DNA of 64,000 nucleotides from contig CAWCUS010000005.1 of assembly GCA_963798845.1 (NCBI GenBank), positions 160,001-224,000 on the forward strand, read 5' to 3'. A program made the position numbers and the translations under genes. The DNA is from an uncultured Gemmatimonadales bacterium. Lineage in GTDB: Bacteria > Gemmatimonadota > Gemmatimonadetes > Longimicrobiales > RSA9. Below, piece by piece: positions 56,440 through 64,000 of this stretch (the stretch's first letter is position 1; each line of letters opens with the position of its first letter). The notes beneath the pieces were generated by a model. The model was not told where the DNA came from. It searched no databases and saw only the letters and a program-made list of their open reading frames with translations.

Positions 56440-57534
56440 TCAATCGAAGAGGGAAAGCGTGTCGGGGTCGGGACGGCCTGTGGGGTCGGCGGGCGGATCC
56501 GCGGCGGGGTCGCGGGCGCCCTCGTGCTTCAGGAGCTCGCGGCCGAAGGCACGCGAGTAGTCGGTCCACCCGGCCTCGCTGCCGCGGACGAGGTCGATCG
56601 CCTGCTGGAGCTTGGCATCGGTGTCGTCTGCGTGGTGAAGGACGAGCGCTTCGAGCGTGAGCGGCTCGCGCGGGCTCTGCCATTCGTAGCGCCCCTGGTG
56701 GGCGGCCACCAGGTGCTCGACCAGGCGGAGCCGGCTTTCAGGGACCCCCACCCGCCTGCCCGCGTCGTGCACCATCTCGATGCCGAGGAGGATGTGGCCG
56801 AGCAGCTTGCCGTTCGTCGTGTACGGGAACCCGGCTTCGGTGGCGATCTCCCGGACCTTGCCGATGTCGTGGAGGAGGGCGCCGGTGACCAGGAGGTCGC
56901 GATCCACCACCGGCCCGTAATGCGCGGCCATGGCGGCGCACAGGCGCGTGACCGAGATCGTGTGCTCGAGCAGGCCGCCCACGTAGGCGTGGTGGTTCCT
57001 CTTGGCCGCGGGCGCGCGGCGGAACCACTGTCCGGTCTCGGTCTTTGGCCCCAGGAGGGCGCGCAGGAGCTTCCGTAGCGGCGGCTCGTCGACGGAAGCG
57101 AGCAGCTCCATGAGCTCGCTCTCCATTTCGGCGAAGTCGCGGGGACAGCGCGGCATGAAGAAGCCGAGGTCCTCCGGGTCCACGTGGACCCGCTCCAGCT
57201 GCTCGACGTTGACCTGCCGCTCGCCCTTGAACACCTCGACGCGTCCGCGCACGCCCACGTACGTGCCCGGCTGCGCCACGTCGCCCAGCGCCTCGGCGCC
57301 TTCCCAGACGCGCGCCTCGATGGTGCCGTGGAGGTCGCTCAGCCGGAGCCGCAGGTAGGGCTTGTCGTGCTTCGTCCGCGCGAGCGAGGCCACGGTGACG
57401 CTGTAGCAGGCGACGACCCGGTCGCCCGCGTCCATCTCCGCCGCCGGCGGCCAGGGCAGCGGTGCGCCGTTCAGCCACTCGCGCATGGCGACGATGACGC
57501 CGCCGCCGTTCCGCTCGGATCCACGCTCCATCAC
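56440..57534 (-). CDS. yhaM: OB-fold + HD domain 3'-5' exoribonuclease (YhaM/Cbf1 family)
   Basis: KPYLRLRLSD..GTIEARVW, PAAKRNHHAYVGGLLEHT, LLHDIGK, LLGHI, HHADDTDAK. Confidence 0.85.
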   Translation of the reverse strand: MMERGSERNGGGVIVAMREWLNGAPLPWPPAAEMDAGDRVVACYSVTVASLARTKHDKPYLRLRLSDLHGTIEARVWEGAEALGDVAQPGTYVGVRGRVEVFKGERQVNVEQLERVHVDPEDLGFFMPRCPRDFAEMESELMELLASVDEPPLRKLLRALLGPKTETGQWFRRAPAAKRNHHAYVGGLLEHTISVTRLCAAMAAHYGPVVDRDLLVTGALLHDIGKVREIATEAGFPYTTNGKLLGHILLGIEMVHDAGRRVGVPESRLRLVEHLVAAHQGRYEWQSPREPLTLEALVLHHADDTDAKLQQAIDLVRGSEAGWTDYSRAFGRELLKHEGARDPAADPPADPTGRPDPDTLSLFD

Positions 57535-57543
57535 GCCACCGCC

Positions 57544-58875
57544 TCAGACATGCCGCCTCGCCCGCTCGCGGGCCGAGGCGATTCCGTGATCCGCGCTCCA
57601 GACCAGGCGCCCGCCCACGATCGTCATCCGGTTGCGGCCCTTCAGCGTCCGGCCGGCGAACGGCGTGTTGCGGCTCTTGGAGACGAACTCGGTCGGGTCC
57701 ACCGTCCACTCCTCCGCAGGATCGAACACCGTGACGTCCGCGGGCGCTCCCTGTGCCAGCACCCCGCCCGGGAGGTTGAACGCGCGCGCGGGTGATGTGC
57801 TCATGCGCTGGATGAGCGTGGGCAGATCGAGGACATCGCCGTCCACGAGCTCGGTGAGCGCGAGCCCCAGGGCCGTTTCGAGGCCGACCAGGCCGAACGG
57901 GGCGTCCTCGAACGCCTGCTCCTTCTCGTCGTAGTGGTGGGGAGCGTGGTCGGTGGCGATGCAGTCCAGGGTACCGTCGCGAATCCCCTCCCGCACTGCG
58001 GCGACGTCGACGGCCGTGCGCAGCGGAGGGTTCACCTTGGCCTCCGTTCGGTAGCCCACCACCGCCTCGTCGGTCAGCGTGAAGTGGTGGGGCGTGCCCT
58101 CGGCGGTGACCCGGACGCCGCGCTCCTTCGCCATGCGGATCATGTCGACGCCCCGCCTCGTGGACACGTGCTGGATGTGCACGTGGCCGCCGGTGAACTC
58201 GGCGATGAGCAGGTCGCGCGCGATCATCACGTCCTCTGCCGCCGCCGGGATCCCGCTGATCCCCAGGCGCGTGGACACCACGCCCTCGTTCATGGAACCG
58301 CCGCGCGAGAGCGTCCGGTCCTCGCAGTGGTCGGCCACGGGGATGCCGAACGTGCCCGCGTACTCGAGGGCGAGGCGCATGAGCCCGCTGTCGGCAATCG
58401 GACGACCGTCGTCGGTGATGCCCACCGCGCCAGCCTCCACCATCTCGCCCACCAGCGTCAGCTGCTCACCCTTCTGGCTCACGGAGACGGCGCCGACGGG
58501 GTAAACGCGGGCGGCGCCGGCCCGGAGGCCCTGGGCCAGCACGTAGCCGACGGCCGCCGGATCGTCGATGGGCGGGTCCGTGTTCGGCATGGCGCAGACG
58601 GACGTGAACCCGCCCACTGCGGCCGCCCAGGCGCCGGTCGCGATGGTCTCCTTGTGCTCGCCGCCGGGCTCCCTCAGGTGCACGTGGACATCCACGAGCC
58701 CGGGCGCGACCACCAGCCCGGAGACTTCGTGGACGTCGGCGCCGTCCGGCGCATCGAGCCCCCGGCCGACGCCGGCGACACGCCCATCCGCCAGGAGCAC
58801 GTCCTGGACCTCGTCCACTCCCCGGGACGGATCCACTACCCGCCCACCTTTCAGCAGGATCGGTCGCTCAGCCAT
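57544..58875 (-). CDS. pyrC: Dihydroorotase
   Basis: [37 protein letters not shown]. Confidence 0.95.
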   Translation of the reverse strand: MAERPILLKGGRVVDPSRGVDEVQDVLLADGRVAGVGRGLDAPDGADVHEVSGLVVAPGLVDVHVHLREPGGEHKETIATGAWAAAVGGFTSVCAMPNTDPPIDDPAAVGYVLAQGLRAGAARVYPVGAVSVSQKGEQLTLVGEMVEAGAVGITDDGRPIADSGLMRLALEYAGTFGIPVADHCEDRTLSRGGSMNEGVVSTRLGISGIPAAAEDVMIARDLLIAEFTGGHVHIQHVSTRRGVDMIRMAKERGVRVTAEGTPHHFTLTDEAVVGYRTEAKVNPPLRTAVDVAAVREGIRDGTLDCIATDHAPHHYDEKEQAFEDAPFGLVGLETALGLALTELVDGDVLDLPTLIQRMSTSPARAFNLPGGVLAQGAPADVTVFDPAEEWTVDPTEFVSKSRNTPFAGRTLKGRNRMTIVGGRLVWSADHGIASARERARRHV

Positions 58876-59839
58876 GGCTGCCATCCGCTTTCGCCGCTTC
58901 CGCACGCTCCGGTGCCCCGCCCGCCAGCAGGTAGAGCACCGCCATCCGCACTGCCACGCCATTCGTCACCTGGCGCAGGATGACGGAATGGGGGCCATCG
59001 GCCACGTCGCTGTCGATCTCCACGCCCCGGTTCATCGGGCCGGGGTGCAGGATCAGGAGGTCCCGGGGCGCGGCGTCCACGCGCTCGCGCGTCACGCCGA
59101 ACACGCGGTTGTACTCGCGCAGGCTGGGCACGTAGCCGCCATGCATGCGCTCGAGCTGGAGCCGCAGCACGTTCAGCACGTCCGCCCACTCGATGGCCGC
59201 ATCGATCCGGTCGAACACCGTGACGCCCAGCTCACCGATCCCGGCCGGGAGCAGCGTGCGCGGGCCACACACGGCCACCTCCGCGCCCAGGGTCCGCAGC
59301 CCGAAGATATTGGAGCGGGCCACGCGCGAGTGGAGGATGTCGCCCACGATGCAGACCTTCACCCCCTCGATCCGCCCCGCGTGGTCGCGGATGGTGAGCA
59401 TGTCCAGGAGCCCCTGGGTGGGGTGCTCGTGGCGGCCGTCGCCGGCGTTGATCACGTTCGACGGGATCCGCTCCGCCAGGAACTGCGCGGCGCCCGAGGA
59501 GCCATGGCGCATCACCACCATGTCGATGCGCATCGACTCCAGGTTCCTCGCCGTATCCACCAGCGTTTCCCCCTTCACCACGCTCGAGCCCGAGCTCGCG
59601 ATGTTCACGGTGTCGGCGCTCAGACGCTTCTCCGCGAACTCGAACGAGACCCGCGTGCGGGTGGACGGCTCGAAGAAAAGGTTGACGATCGTCTTGCCAC
59701 GCAGCACGGGGACCTTCTTGATCTGCCGCTCGCTGATCTCCTTGAACGGCTCGGCCGTGTCGAGGATCCCGCGGATCTGCTCCGCGCTCAGCTGCTCCAG
59801 GCCGACCAGGTCTTTCCCGAGGTACGTGGCCGCACTCAT
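58868..59839 (-). CDS. pyrB: Aspartate carbamoyltransferase catalytic subunit
   Basis: [50 protein letters not shown]. Confidence 0.97.
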   Translation of the reverse strand: MSAATYLGKDLVGLEQLSAEQIRGILDTAEPFKEISERQIKKVPVLRGKTIVNLFFEPSTRTRVSFEFAEKRLSADTVNIASSGSSVVKGETLVDTARNLESMRIDMVVMRHGSSGAAQFLAERIPSNVINAGDGRHEHPTQGLLDMLTIRDHAGRIEGVKVCIVGDILHSRVARSNIFGLRTLGAEVAVCGPRTLLPAGIGELGVTVFDRIDAAIEWADVLNVLRLQLERMHGGYVPSLREYNRVFGVTRERVDAAPRDLLILHPGPMNRGVEIDSDVADGPHSVILRQVTNGVAVRMAVLYLLAGGAPERAEAAKADGSHG

Positions 59840-60390
59840 GCCCCGCCTCCCGCGGGGCCGAGCTCGACGGCCAGGCGACCGTCGATCTCCGGAACGAAGA
59901 CCTCCACGAGGCTCCCTTCCGGCACGTTCAGGTGGCGGCCCACGATGTCCGGGTGGATCGGCAGCTCCCGGCCCCCCCTGTCCACCAGGACGCACAGCAC
60001 GATGCGGCGCGGCCGGCCGAAGTCGGCCAGCTCGTCCATGGCCGCCCTCGCCGTGCGCCCGGTGAAGGCGACGTCGTCCACGATCACCACCACCCGATCG
60101 TCCACGCCGCCCTCGGGCAGGCGCGTCTCCCCGACCACCGGGCGGGGGCCCACCGCCCCCAGGTCGTCGCGGTACAGCGTGATGTCGAGTGAGCCGACCG
60201 GAGGGCGCAGCGATTCTGCTCGCTCGATCTCGTCCGCGATCCGCTGCGCCAGCTGCACGCCGCGACGGTGAATGCCGATGAGCGAGAGCGCCTCGGTGCC
60301 CGCGCTCTTCTCGATGATCTCGCGCGCCATGCGCGCCAGGGCGCGCTCGACGGCGCGCTCGTCCATGATCTGCTGTTGGTTCGCCGCCAT
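59836..60390 (-). CDS. pyrR: Pyrimidine regulatory protein / uracil PRTase PyrR
   Basis: [30 protein letters not shown]. Confidence 0.93.
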   Translation of the reverse strand: MAANQQQIMDERAVERALARMAREIIEKSAGTEALSLIGIHRRGVQLAQRIADEIERAESLRPPVGSLDITLYRDDLGAVGPRPVVGETRLPEGGVDDRVVVIVDDVAFTGRTARAAMDELADFGRPRRIVLCVLVDRGGRELPIHPDIVGRHLNVPEGSLVEVFVPEIDGRLAVELGPAGGGA

Positions 60391-60430
60391 TGCCAGCGCC
60401 AGAATGAGTCTGTTTTCGGAAGGTCGTGGG

Positions 60431-60459
60431 AAGGTATTCCGCGCCCCGATCGAGGTCAA
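60431..60459 (-). promoter_or_regulatory. sigma-70-type promoter of pyrRBC
   Basis: TTGACC-N17-TACCTT. Confidence 0.7.
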
Positions 60460-60565
60460 CGTCGCGGGCGCACCGCCTTGCCGTCTTCCCGGCCCCGCCC
60501 GGTTTCGCCCCGTCCTCCCGGATCGTATCTTCGCCCGTCGCCCTTTCCTTTCGCCCCCACCTCCC

Positions 60566-62281
60566 ATGGACGCCTCCGTGATCCACCCGGGATGGCTGAG
60601 CCTGATCCCTCCCCTCGCCGCCATCGTCATGGCCCTCGTCTTCCGGGAGGTGGTGATCTCCCTCTTCACCGGCGTCTGGCTCGGGGCCCTCTTCCTCGCC
60701 CACTTCCACCCGCTCACGGCCACCCTCCGCACCGTGGACACCTACCTCGTCGAGACGCTCGCCGGAGAGGACCCGGCGCACGTCTCCATCGTTTTCTTCA
60801 GCTTGCTGCTCGGCGGAATGGTCGGGGTGATCTCGCGCAGCGGCGGAGTGCGCGGGATGATGGAGAAGGTGGGGAACTCCGCGACCACCGCCCGGCGGGG
60901 GCAGCTGTACGCGGGGCTGGCCGGGCTCCTCATCTTCTTCGACGACTACACCAACGCGCTCATCGTCGGAAACACCCTCCGGCCGGTGACGGACCGCGTC
61001 CGCGTATCGCGGGAGAAGCTCTCGTACATCGTGGACACGACCGCCGCGCCCGTGGCGTCGGTCGCGCTGATCAGCACGTGGGTCGGCTTCCAGATCTCCC
61101 TGATCGGCGATACGCTCCGGCACACCGCTGCCGACATGGCCGATCCGGTGGCGGCCGCAGCGTTGACGGCGGCGGCGGCGAACCCGTTCACCATATTCCT
61201 GCACACGATCCCCTACCTGTTCTACCCGATCCTGACCGTGGTCTTCGTCTTCCTGCTGGCGGCGACCGGGCGCGACTTCGGGCCGATGTTCGGCGCGGAA
61301 GCGCGAGCGGCCCGCGGCGACGGCGTCTACCGGGCCGGCGCCACGCTCGCCGGTGACACGTCAGGCGGCGTCATGGACCCGCCGGAGGACCGCCCCCACC
61401 GCTGGTGGAACGCGGCCATTCCGGTCCTGCTGACCGTGGTGGTCGCGGTGGTCGGGATCTACGCCACCGGCGTGCAGTCGGTGGGAGCCGACGCGGGGCT
61501 GCGCCAGATCGTCGGAGCCGGTGACCCGTACCGGTCGCTGCTCTGGGCTTCGTCCGTCGGCTCCGCCGCGGCGATCGCCCTGGCGGTGGCGCAGCGAGTT
61601 CTCTCGCTCCAGGCGGCGGTGGATGCGTGGGTGGGCGGAATGCGAGTCATGATGGTGGGCATGATCATCCTGATCCTCGCCTGGGCGCTCGGCGGCGTGA
61701 CCCAGAAGCTGGGGACCGGGCCGTACCTTGCCGCGCTGCTGGGCGACACCCTCCCCGTCCACCTCCTCCCCGTCCTCACCTTCGGCACTGCCGCCCTCAT
61801 CTCGTTCGCCACGGGAACATCGTGGGGGACCATGTCGATCCTGTTCCCCGTCAGCGTCCCCCTGGCCGCGGCCATGGGCGCCGGCGCCGGGTTCGGGACG
61901 GGCGACCACTACACCATCCTCCTCGGCGTGATCGCCGCCATCCTGGCCGGGTCCGTCTTCGGCGACCATTCCTCACCGATCTCGGATACCACCGTGCTCA
62001 GCTCCATGGCCTCGGCCAGCGACCACGTGGACCACTTCCGAACCCAGCTCCCCTACGCGCTGGTCGTGGCCGTGGTCGCCATGCTCGTCGGCGACATCCC
62101 TGCCGCCTACGGCCTCCACCCGGCCATCGGCCTCGCCGCGGGCGCGCTCCTGCTCTTCCTGATCCTGCGCGCCATCGGCAAGCCGATCCCGACCGATGTC
62201 GGCCCGGCGGCGGGCGCGTGGACGGCCGACCCGGAGCGAGGCGACGCGCCGGGTGCAACGCTCACGGCGCGTAGCCCGTGA
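60566..62281 (+). CDS. NhaC-family (Na+/H+ antiporter-like) transporter
   Basis: [62 protein letters not shown]. Confidence 0.9.
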   Translation: MDASVIHPGWLSLIPPLAAIVMALVFREVVISLFTGVWLGALFLAHFHPLTATLRTVDTYLVETLAGEDPAHVSIVFFSLLLGGMVGVISRSGGVRGMMEKVGNSATTARRGQLYAGLAGLLIFFDDYTNALIVGNTLRPVTDRVRVSREKLSYIVDTTAAPVASVALISTWVGFQISLIGDTLRHTAADMADPVAAAALTAAAANPFTIFLHTIPYLFYPILTVVFVFLLAATGRDFGPMFGAEARAARGDGVYRAGATLAGDTSGGVMDPPEDRPHRWWNAAIPVLLTVVVAVVGIYATGVQSVGADAGLRQIVGAGDPYRSLLWASSVGSAAAIALAVAQRVLSLQAAVDAWVGGMRVMMVGMIILILAWALGGVTQKLGTGPYLAALLGDTLPVHLLPVLTFGTAALISFATGTSWGTMSILFPVSVPLAAAMGAGAGFGTGDHYTILLGVIAAILAGSVFGDHSSPISDTTVLSSMASASDHVDHFRTQLPYALVVAVVAMLVGDIPAAYGLHPAIGLAAGALLLFLILRAIGKPIPTDVGPAAGAWTADPERGDAPGATLTARSP

Positions 62282-63407
62282 GCTCGACGTAGCCCCGACC
62301 CCGGACCATGACGCCCCCCCGCCGCCCTTCCACGGCCACCGCGCCCTCCCAGTAGCGGAAGGCGAGCTCGAGCTCCTGGTCCCGGATCCGCGGCGCCACC
62401 TGCAGGTCGAGCCCCTCGCCGGGAACACGCACGCGCCAGCCCGACGGGTAGCGCACGCCGGCCGGGCTCGTCCACTCACCGGTGGCTTCCAGCGTGAACG
62501 CACCCGCGGTCAGCCGCGTCACGGCGCCATCCGCCGTCACATAGCTGCCGGCGCTGAAGCGATCGGTGCCGCCGTCCTTCCGTCGCAGGCGATACAGCAT
62601 CAGGTCGGAGCCGTCGTCGAGCTGGAGCGCGACCCAGTCCCACCCATCCAGTTCCGAGGCCAGGGCGCTCGTGCCCCATTCCCGGTCGAGCCAGGCCGTG
62701 CCGCGGACACGGGCGGTGTCGGAACCGCTCACCACCGTCCCGCGGGCCGCAAGCCGCGGGATCGAGTAGTAGTACGACGCGTTCCCCCGCCCCGGCCCTT
62801 TCCGGCTCAGCCCACGGTCTCCCTGCGGCACGACGGGCGCGGCAGGCGTAAGCACCAGGTCGATGGCCACCCCGCTGTCGCGCGCCACGACATGGAATGC
62901 CCCGATCGACGCGGGGTTCGACGCCGACGCGGCAGCGCCAGCCGCCGCCCACCCGTCCACCCACACGCGGAGCGGGTCCGACGTCGCCCCCGCCAGCCCG
63001 AGGGCGCCCCGGTCGAAGCGCTGGAACGCCCGGAAGCGGTCCGCGGCGACATCGGTGAGCGCGAAGTGCGCCATGTACGCCTGACTGGTCGCCCAATCGG
63101 ATTCGACGGTGGGCCCGCGCGGCCGGAGGGCGCTGCGGAAGAAGGTGAGCTGAAAGCCAAAGGCGCGCCCGTCGTCCGCATCCACGTTCCCCGTGAAGTA
63201 CCACCACTCGTGCTTGAACTCGGGGTGCGGCCCGTGGTCCGCCGGGAATCGGAACGCGCGCGGTGCCGTGGCGCGCGCGTACCCGGCGGTGTCCGCGTCG
63301 GCGAGCGTGGCCGCGACGGAGAGGGTGGCCCGGGGTGGGGTCGCTTCCCGGCACGCGAGGAGCAGGAGGAAGGCGGCGGCTGTCACGGGACCTCGAACCC
63401 GGCTCAT
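62262..63407 (-). CDS. AttH/CrtC-like lipocalin-fold lipoprotein
   Basis: Lipobox LLAC, FPADHGPHPEFKHEWWYFTG, FGFQLTFFR, WLDREWG, GWDW, YWEG. Confidence 0.88.
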   Translation of the reverse strand: MSRVRGPVTAAAFLLLLACREATPPRATLSVAATLADADTAGYARATAPRAFRFPADHGPHPEFKHEWWYFTGNVDADDGRAFGFQLTFFRSALRPRGPTVESDWATSQAYMAHFALTDVAADRFRAFQRFDRGALGLAGATSDPLRVWVDGWAAAGAAASASNPASIGAFHVVARDSGVAIDLVLTPAAPVVPQGDRGLSRKGPGRGNASYYYSIPRLAARGTVVSGSDTARVRGTAWLDREWGTSALASELDGWDWVALQLDDGSDLMLYRLRRKDGGTDRFSAGSYVTADGAVTRLTAGAFTLEATGEWTSPAGVRYPSGWRVRVPGEGLDLQVAPRIRDQELELAFRYWEGAVAVEGRRGGVMVRGRGYVELTGYAP

Positions 63408-64000
63408 TCCGACCTCAGCGCCTCGGCAGGCGACGTCCGCGCCATGCGCCAGGACGGGTAGATCCCGGCCAGGAGAGAGGCGGCCACGGCAATGGCTACC
63501 GCCTGGAGCAGGACGCCGGGCGGCGCGTACAGCTCGACCGTCCACCCGAACGAGCGTCGGTTCACGAACTCCACCATGAGCACGGAGAGGAGGAGGCCCA
63601 GGGGAACGGCCATGAGCCCGGCCACGAGGCCCATGAGCCCCGTCTGCGACGCCACCATCGCCCATACCTGGCCGGGCGTCAGTCCGTTCGCCCGCAGAAC
63701 CCCCAGCTCGCGACCGCGCTCGAGCTGCAGCGCCATGAGCGCGCTCAGCACGCCCACGAAGGCCACGATGAGCGACAGCAGTCGCAGGACCTGCGTGATG
63801 GCGAACGTCCGATCGAACACCACGAGCGATGCGCGGGCCAGGGCGCTGTTGGAGCGGATCGTGAGCGCCTGGATGGCCGCCGTGCCTTCCCGCATGCGCT
63901 GGATCGCGGCGTCTCGGTCGGCGCCGGGCTCGAGGATGAGCGCGAGCGTGGTCACCGCCGAGTCGCCCCACAGTCGCTCGTATGCCGGGTAGCTGATCAT
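63404..64000 (-). CDS. FtsX-like ABC transporter permease (AttF/G-like), C-terminal part only
   Basis: VFDRTFAIT, ERGRELGVLRANGLT, VNRRSFGWT. Coupled to the AttH-like gene. Confidence 0.88.
   Translation of the reverse strand: MISYPAYERLWGDSAVTTLALILEPGADRDAAIQRMREGTAAIQALTIRSNSALARASLVVFDRTFAITQVLRLLSLIVAFVGVLSALMALQLERGRELGVLRANGLTPGQVWAMVASQTGLMGLVAGLMAVPLGLLLSVLMVEFVNRRSFGWTVELYAPPGVLLQAVAIAVAASLLAGIYPSWRMARTSPAEALRSE

Overview
High-GC bacterial chromosomal segment. Gene content and cell-envelope proteins suggest Gemmatimonadota, which is an inference only. It is mostly core housekeeping genes on the minus strand: thrS-infC-rpmI-rplT-pheS-pheT-zapB-like-zapA-rny-folD-xseAB-ispA-dxs-nadK-recN-tRNA(Gly,Cys); groES-groEL with a CIRCE box; secDF-tatD-DUF47-pit-mutL-miaA-bshA-birA-coaX; a complete MoxR/DUF58/Bat operon followed by upp; site-2 protease-scpA-scpB-rluB-like-orphan Rossmann protein; and pyrR-pyrB-pyrC-yhaM. 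I found no transposase, integrase, prophage or CRISPR array. The most notable signals lie outside the ORF track. (1) A leaderless 28-aa Thr-rich peptide with a terminator/antiterminator sits upstream of thrS, the layout of ribosome-mediated attenuation. (2) A second, peptide-free terminator/antiterminator switch precedes an ATA-initiated infC. (3) A surface-lipoprotein gene is broken by 3-4 clustered frame switches inside a low-GC patch and is paired with a small beta-barrel gene. (4) A J-domain/TM/RCC1-repeat fusion gene. (5) An OmpA-like barrel gene with a sigma-54-type promoter and a non-OmpA C-terminal domain.
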